Shown: positions 45,512-50,883 of the stretch, piece after piece
Layout: the number at the start of each line of letters is the position of its first letter
Position numbering within the stretch: the first letter of the stretch is position 1
Source: a virus
Lineage: Duplodnaviria > Caudoviricetes
Strand: one strand, 5' to 3'
Length of the DNA: 50,883 bases
IMG/VR virus record: IMGVR_UViG_3300042923_000161
Location: 1 to 50,883 of that record
Made by a program: the position numbers and the translations under genes
Notes under the pieces: model-generated
What the model was told of the DNA's origin: nothing
Database searches by the model: none
The model's input: only the letters and a program-made list of their open reading frames with translations

Positions 45512-45820
45512 ATGCAAGAGTACTTGCTTTTCGATAAGGCCACTAGCACCGGGACAAAGCGTCTCGGTGTTCGTGGGTTTAATACAGCAGAGGTGGAAGT
45601 CTACGGGACAGCCACTTCAGCAACTGTGAAGTTCAAAGGTGCCAGTAAGTCTGGTATTGACCGTGATCGAATGGCAGTCAATGCGGCAGACCTCAGCACA
45701 GGGCTGTCATCCAGCATGGGCCAAGTGTGGATCGTAAATATCGGTGGTCTGGATTCACTGCTGCTTGATCTTTCAGCACTGTCCGGGGGTAACGTCAGTG
45801 TAAATGTGAGGTGCTTCTAA
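45512..45820 (+). CDS. Putative small virion protein
   Basis: Beta-rich (V.GTATSATVKF.G, G.VSV). Confidence 0.6.
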   Translation: MQEYLLFDKATSTGTKRLGVRGFNTAEVEVYGTATSATVKFKGASKSGIDRDRMAVNAADLSTGLSSSMGQVWIVNIGGLDSLLLDLSALSGGNVSVNVRCF

Positions 45821-46815
45821 TGGACATTTTTGCAGCCGCTGCGCTTAGTAAAGCCAACAAAGCTAATGCAGGTCTTGCACCTTACGGATTCGCAGAAACG
45901 AAGTCACGTGATGCATACACCCCCAAGTTTGTCAAGCTTGAGGGTGATCCTGTATACACTGCATCAAAGGCCGGGCTTGTCAGCATATACTGGTTCCGTC
46001 CTATTGAGGTGGGTCACATTATCCCGAATGCAAAGGGACGTTACTACGCTACATACTCCACGAACCATAATAACCGTGGTGGTATCGGACTTGCTTACGC
46101 TAATGATCCCAAAGGACCATGGACTAAGCACGGCGAAGTGTACGTTGACACAGTAGTCGGCAATTCCACGGAGACACCATTCGTAATCTACAATGAGGAT
46201 GTCGGCCTGTTCTACATGTACTACCAGCAATCCGGGGCAGGGGTTAACCAGTCTACGATGCTTGCAACGTCACCTGATATGTTGACATGGACCCGCGTGT
46301 CACGGATTATCCTTGACAAGCCATTCGGATTCCCCGGAGACGGTCACACAGGTTACTTCGCTGCGGCACGTTTTGCGGGTAAGTGGGTAGGATGGTCTGT
46401 TATGGGTGGCGGTGACTTTGGTCGTAAAGCCATATGGTACTCAAATGACGGCCTGTACTGGCTGGCTCATCCGGGTACGATGCTTGGTGGTAACGATGCG
46501 ACCTTGAACTCTGTAGAGAACTTCTCCAGATCGAACGCCGGGCTATTCGAATACAAGGGTAACCTGTGGTGGGTTGGAATGCTGTCTGCGTATGCTTCAG
46601 GTGGTGAAACTACCGTAGCCCGTCCAGCATTAGCACAGATCAGCAGAGACTTACGTCAACTTCTAGGTAAACCGAAGCTGATTATGGACCTACCTACATT
46701 GCCGTGGGAGACTACCAACATGCAGTCCATGTCAGTGGTCGTGTTCGATGGAGTTGTCTATATATATTACAATACTGATACCAATGTGGGCCTAGCCTAC
46801 TCTGTGGAGGTGTAA
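45820..46815 (+). CDS. Five-bladed beta-propeller glycoside-hydrolase-like virion protein
   Basis: GIGLAYA..P.GPW, ETP.V, LATSPD..TW, GDGHTGY and WYSNDG..W. Confidence 0.65.
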   Translation: MDIFAAAALSKANKANAGLAPYGFAETKSRDAYTPKFVKLEGDPVYTASKAGLVSIYWFRPIEVGHIIPNAKGRYYATYSTNHNNRGGIGLAYANDPKGPWTKHGEVYVDTVVGNSTETPFVIYNEDVGLFYMYYQQSGAGVNQSTMLATSPDMLTWTRVSRIILDKPFGFPGDGHTGYFAAARFAGKWVGWSVMGGGDFGRKAIWYSNDGLYWLAHPGTMLGGNDATLNSVENFSRSNAGLFEYKGNLWWVGMLSAYASGGETTVARPALAQISRDLRQLLGKPKLIMDLPTLPWETTNMQSMSVVVFDGVVYIYYNTDTNVGLAYSVEV

Positions 46816-46817
46816 CC

Positions 46818-47546
46818 ATGCATATCTTGGACTTAAACGGTGAAGTCGTACCTTACGGAAAGGTGCACAAACAACTATACGCCAACTTCTTGGATGGTAC
46901 ACTTCCGACATGGTTGGAAACAGCCATCAGAGATGCTACAGCCCAAGCCGAGGTTGTTGGAGGGGGAACGACATACGAACCCCTTCCAGATCGGGGTACG
47001 GTGCAGGTAACGTCACCTATCACCAACAACTCATACGCTGAACTGCGGACCAAGGTACTGTTCGATTCAACGAAGGTATCTGCGATCAAGTTCACGTTGG
47101 AAGCTTTCCAACTGGCGGGTAACACATGGCAGACGGCACAGATCGGGATCAAATCGCCAGACGGCCTGTCCGGTGTAACCTTCTTTCAAAACGCTGTCAG
47201 TGGTAGTAGTGGTACGATCAGGATTTACAGACCGGGTGGTAATGTTGACAGACCTGTAAAGATGGCACTGTTCACATTGGGAATGGCAGGGGATGAGGGC
47301 CAGAACCGGAAGAACTTCTCCATTTTGTTGTTGACAGGGAAGCAGTATCCAGCCGATGCAGAGCGTCAGTTCGTATTGCTGATGAACGGTGATCAAGTGG
47401 GGGCTTACGAAGAGATTACAGGATTGTTAAATCACGGACAGCTTCAGTGCGTGGCGCGGACAGGGACGAATGCTTCAGGTATGCCTACAGACCAGCCAAG
47501 GTTTGTCAAAGCTGCTGCGGTTCGTGTGGAGTTGTGGAGCAACTAG
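46818..47546 (+). CDS. Putative lectin/ConA-like beta-sandwich protein
   Basis: Beta-rich; GGAGG RBS; follows the propeller gene. Confidence 0.45.
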   Translation: MHILDLNGEVVPYGKVHKQLYANFLDGTLPTWLETAIRDATAQAEVVGGGTTYEPLPDRGTVQVTSPITNNSYAELRTKVLFDSTKVSAIKFTLEAFQLAGNTWQTAQIGIKSPDGLSGVTFFQNAVSGSSGTIRIYRPGGNVDRPVKMALFTLGMAGDEGQNRKNFSILLLTGKQYPADAERQFVLLMNGDQVGAYEEITGLLNHGQLQCVARTGTNASGMPTDQPRFVKAAAVRVELWSN

Positions 47547-47561
47547 AAAGGTGGTTTCAAT

Positions 47562-48131
47562 ATGAACTACGCTGAAATGAAGGTAATGTTGGAATATTAC
47601 GTAGACGATGAGGTAGACAACCCCATCGCTCTACGTCTTCTCAATGAAGGGAAGAACCGCATGGCGCTTGCCGTCCATGCGAAGTTCCCTGATATTACAC
47701 AATTAACAGGCTCTGACGAATTCGTATTTGATGACAGGTTCCACAATACAGCAGTGCTGTACGCTGCTGCAATGGTTAAGACCTATGACTCATCCATTGC
47801 GGAAGCACGGGAATTTGAGAACAAGTTCGAACTGGGTCTGCGTGAATTTGTAGAGAATTATGACACGCCGATACAGTACACTACGGAGCCAAACATACAG
47901 AACTTCACAGTCACTGCGGAAACGGCAGTTACTCCAGTGTTCCGGGTTACAGATCGGGATTACAATATGTACGGTGACATTACTGTTTACTTGAACGGGA
48001 ATCCAGTAAGACATCAGAAGTACGGTTCAGAGATCAGATTGTATGATACTCCAGCAGTTGACGATATTGTAACCATTCAGTGGGATCAAAATATATACGG
48101 TGGGGTTCAGCCGTGGTCAAGGGGGTTTTAA
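47562..48131 (+). CDS. Head-tail adaptor
   Basis: MNY.E.K...LNEG...FH...VLYAAA helical adaptor pattern, plus a C-terminal VYLNG domain. Confidence 0.7.
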   Translation: MNYAEMKVMLEYYVDDEVDNPIALRLLNEGKNRMALAVHAKFPDITQLTGSDEFVFDDRFHNTAVLYAAAMVKTYDSSIAEAREFENKFELGLREFVENYDTPIQYTTEPNIQNFTVTAETAVTPVFRVTDRDYNMYGDITVYLNGNPVRHQKYGSEIRLYDTPAVDDIVTIQWDQNIYGGVQPWSRGF

Positions 48132-48134
48132 ACT

Positions 48135-50135
48135 ATGGCACGTCAGCAAACTAATTTCAATCCAGCCGTCAAAGAGTTTGAAGCCTACCTTGACTTCAGC
48201 GGTGGTCAGAACTCTGCGGTATCCAATGAGCGGTTGAACGATAACGAATTCCCACTCATGGTCAACGTAGATAATACAGGCCGTGGTTCTGCAAAGACCC
48301 GGTATGGTCGGGTGGACCGTGGTGGTCCGAAGCGGCTCTTGTTGTCTACAGTGTCTAAGGGTCAAGGGCTGTTTAACTTTTACCGGGCAAACGTGTCAGA
48401 ACCTGTACTTATCGGTGCAGCGCACGGGCAATTGTACCTCATGCGCAGACCTGTAGACATGGGAACTATTGAGAAGATCAACATAGTGGATGGTACCAAT
48501 ACAGACTTCAGGTTCCAAACACAGCTTCCTATCGAAGCTGCTCAGTACAGAGACACGCTGTATATTGCCACAGGCACAAAGCTAGTTCAGTTGACCTACG
48601 CCAGCAACATCTATACGGCAAAGACAGTCGACCCATACCAGCCTACAGTTCAAGAAGCCATCTACATTGGTACAAATGGTCTTGCACCGGACCCGGATGC
48701 CTATATTCAAGACGGTACAGGCACTTTGGACGTTACTGGCATCAAACCTGCGAGTCGTAACGGTTCTGTAAACCAAGATATTAACATGACCGCATACATA
48801 AACAGACCCGCAGGGGATTCAGGTACCATTGATTACAAATGGGAGTACAAACGTTCTTCAGAGACTACGTTCCCGACCACGCCGTTCAAGGATTTTACAG
48901 CAGGTGCGAAGACACAGGCGATCAAATTCGACCAGCCTACGAAGTATGACATAAAAGTAACCGTTCGGAAGACAGGAACAACTTCTCCGCTCAAAGAGTA
49001 CTTGCTTACGAACTTCCAAGTCAATGCTACCGAAAATCCACCGAATATGTCTGTGGCAGGTATTCAAAGATGTCGGAAGATCATCCTGCACTGGGACAGG
49101 CTCCTGATGAGTGGTGATGACACCAATCCATTCCAGATGTATATCAGTCACCTTCAGAATCCCCGATACTTCCCGGTGTCGAACACAATCAACTTCGACT
49201 TTGGTAAGCAGGAACCTATCACAGCGGTTGTACGGTTTCAAGACTTGCTGGTGATCTTCACACGGTCTACAATCCAGACCCTAATAGGTAAGTCGGTAGA
49301 TGACTATGAGCGCTACTTGATTCATGACGGTTTGGGGTGCGTGGCTGGACGCTCAGCCGTGGTTGTAGGTAACAACGTACTATTTCTGTCACATGACGGT
49401 GTGTACGCTCTCAGACCAAATCCTTACCGTATAGAGACGATGAACGTTGCCCGGATAGATGCCAACATCCAACGGGAGATTGACCCCACTCAGACGGATG
49501 CTTGCGCGGTTGTACATGACTCTCAATACTGGTTATGTTTCCCAAGCAAGAAGGCGATTTACAGGTACTACTTCGAACGCAAAGTCTGGACAAAGGATAC
49601 TTCAGACAAATTGGATGTAGCACAGTTCCTATTGTCAGCCGATGATGTGTTTAATCTCACGTCTGAAGGTCGGGTGTACCAGCATGACCGGGACGTATTC
49701 ACGGATGCAGGTGTGCCGTATGACATGGTTATCGAATCCAAGTTCTATGACTTGTCAGCGTCATTCAACAACAAGAAACTGAAGCGGCTGTACATTCTGG
49801 CCCGGCATGAAAAAGAGTATGATGTCAACATGTTTGTTACTGTTAAAGCAGATTCAGCGTTGGCAATCACTCCAGATACTGGTACAATCAACAGAGACGA
49901 TGAGAACGGTTGGTCTTGGCAAATCGTGACCGCGCCGAACTTCGAATTTCTTCGTGGGACAACCTTCGGGTCGTGGATCATGGGAGACAGTCCATTCGGT
50001 GATGTTGAACTATCAGTACAACGTGCTTCAGTACGTGGTAAGTGTCGCCGGGTGAAGTTCTCAGTACGAACCTCTTCCACAGAACCCTGCGAGATGTACG
50101 GCTTTGCTTTCCAATTCAAACTCAAGAAGATTTAG
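48135..50135 (+). CDS. Tail nozzle / stabilisation protein with an Ig/PKD-like insertion
   Basis: DFSGG.N, H.DRL, ITA...FQD.LVIF, G.GCVA..S and FLS.DGVY; ends KLKKI. Confidence 0.8.
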   Translation: MARQQTNFNPAVKEFEAYLDFSGGQNSAVSNERLNDNEFPLMVNVDNTGRGSAKTRYGRVDRGGPKRLLLSTVSKGQGLFNFYRANVSEPVLIGAAHGQLYLMRRPVDMGTIEKINIVDGTNTDFRFQTQLPIEAAQYRDTLYIATGTKLVQLTYASNIYTAKTVDPYQPTVQEAIYIGTNGLAPDPDAYIQDGTGTLDVTGIKPASRNGSVNQDINMTAYINRPAGDSGTIDYKWEYKRSSETTFPTTPFKDFTAGAKTQAIKFDQPTKYDIKVTVRKTGTTSPLKEYLLTNFQVNATENPPNMSVAGIQRCRKIILHWDRLLMSGDDTNPFQMYISHLQNPRYFPVSNTINFDFGKQEPITAVVRFQDLLVIFTRSTIQTLIGKSVDDYERYLIHDGLGCVAGRSAVVVGNNVLFLSHDGVYALRPNPYRIETMNVARIDANIQREIDPTQTDACAVVHDSQYWLCFPSKKAIYRYYFERKVWTKDTSDKLDVAQFLLSADDVFNLTSEGRVYQHDRDVFTDAGVPYDMVIESKFYDLSASFNNKKLKRLYILARHEKEYDVNMFVTVKADSALAITPDTGTINRDDENGWSWQIVTAPNFEFLRGTTFGSWIMGDSPFGDVELSVQRASVRGKCRRVKFSVRTSSTEPCEMYGFAFQFKLKKI

Positions 50136-50147
50136 GAGGTGTTCGTT

Positions 50148-50883
50148 ATGGCAAAGGTCAACCAGTCCAGCATGAAACAATGGCAGGATGGTCAAACAAT
50201 ACATGGGCCTGAGTACAGTCAAGAGCGTGACTTGCTGGTTGCAGCTTATAATGATACACAAGATCAGGTTACACTTCTAAAGGGTGCTAACAGTATTGGA
50301 CCCACTCAAATCCAAGGAGGTGCCGTCACTAGGGACAAGATCAGTGACGGTGCTGTAGACCTAACCAAAATAGCACCACAATCTGTAGATACGTTGAGAC
50401 TTACGGATGCTGCTGTAACAACCACTAAGTTGGCAGACAGTGCTGTCACTACAGCAAAACTTGCTACAGACTCTGTGTTAGAGTCAAAAATTGCAGACAA
50501 CGCTGTGACAACACCCAAGATTAACAACGGTGCTATTACACAGCCAAAGATCGGCACTAACGCCGTCACTACTTCAGCAATTGCCGATGGTACTGTAACT
50601 AATCCGAAAATTGCTGACCTTGCTGTCAACACAGGTAAGATTGCAGACTTAACAGTTACATCCGGTAAGATTGCAGATGGTGCGATTACTCCAGAAAAAT
50701 TATCGCAAACATACTATACCGCTACACAGACGGACCAACAAATAAACACAGCGCTTTCCGGTGGGTTGCCACAGGAAGTTATTGACCAAATCATTGCTGA
50801 AGTTGCTGATATCCCAGAAGCAACTACCACATCAATGGGTATTGTGCAGCTTACAAATTCGACTGTATCGCAAAGTGAATATG
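50148..50883 (+). CDS. Tail fibre, N-terminal part (continues across the circular junction into 1..1467; ~691 aa in total)
   Basis: AGGAGGT then ATG at 50148. 50757-50148=609, so the frame matches ORF 10..1467. Contains tandem 10-aa repeats of the type DxAVTTxKIA. Confidence 0.85.
   Translation, partial: MAKVNQSSMKQWQDGQTIHGPEYSQERDLLVAAYNDTQDQVTLLKGANSIGPTQIQGGAVTRDKISDGAVDLTKIAPQSVDTLRLTDAAVTTTKLADSAVTTAKLATDSVLESKIADNAVTTPKINNGAITQPKIGTNAVTTSAIADGTVTNPKIADLAVNTGKIADLTVTSGKIADGAITPEKLSQTYYTATQTDQQINTALSGGLPQEVIDQIIAEVADIPEATTTSMGIVQLTNSTVSQSEY
50757..50883. repeat. 127-bp terminal direct repeat (copy 2)
   Basis: Identical to 1-127. Confidence 0.95.

Noticed and set aside
50290-50700. 30-bp periodic repeats as an array or DGR template
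   Set aside because: They encode 10-aa fibre repeats with ordinary codon divergence, and no reverse transcriptase is present.
50757-50883. 127-bp repeat as a biological terminal repeat
   Set aside because: The length equals a common assembler k-mer and the repeat lies inside the tail-fibre ORF, so it is a circularisation overlap.

Overview
This window is a complete, circularly assembled ~50.76-kb tailed-phage genome. Bases 50757-50883 repeat bases 1-127 exactly, and the tail-fibre ORF reads through that junction. The gene set is podovirus-like: terminase, portal, scaffold, major capsid, adaptor, nozzle and two large ejection proteins, with no tape measure, integrase or repressor recognised. 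The host is probably a spore-forming Bacillota such as Paenibacillus (inference from sigma-A promoters, strong SD sites, YyaC and XkdX). Two arms diverge from a non-coding region at ~34.0-34.3 kb. The leftward arm carries early genes and replication genes (SNF2 helicase, PD-(D/E)XK nuclease, AAA ATPase, SSB, a primase fused to an MCM-like helicase, PolA, dUTPase, RuvC-like). The rightward arm carries packaging, structural and lysis genes. The strongest unannotated signal is an RNA layer in the early arm. A pistol ribozyme (29406-29470) and a type I hammerhead (28358-28419) bracket a three-gene block, and each cut should leave a 5'-OH product beginning with a hairpin. A ~250-nt multi-stem structured RNA of unrecognised class lies directly after the tandem early promoters. 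A second candidate system is a counter-oriented FtsK/SpoIIIE plus replication-relaxation pair, with a SpoIIIAC/AD-like membrane gene and a YyaC fusion, which may link the phage to host sporulation. All family calls come from motifs recognised by eye; no database searches or folding programs were run.
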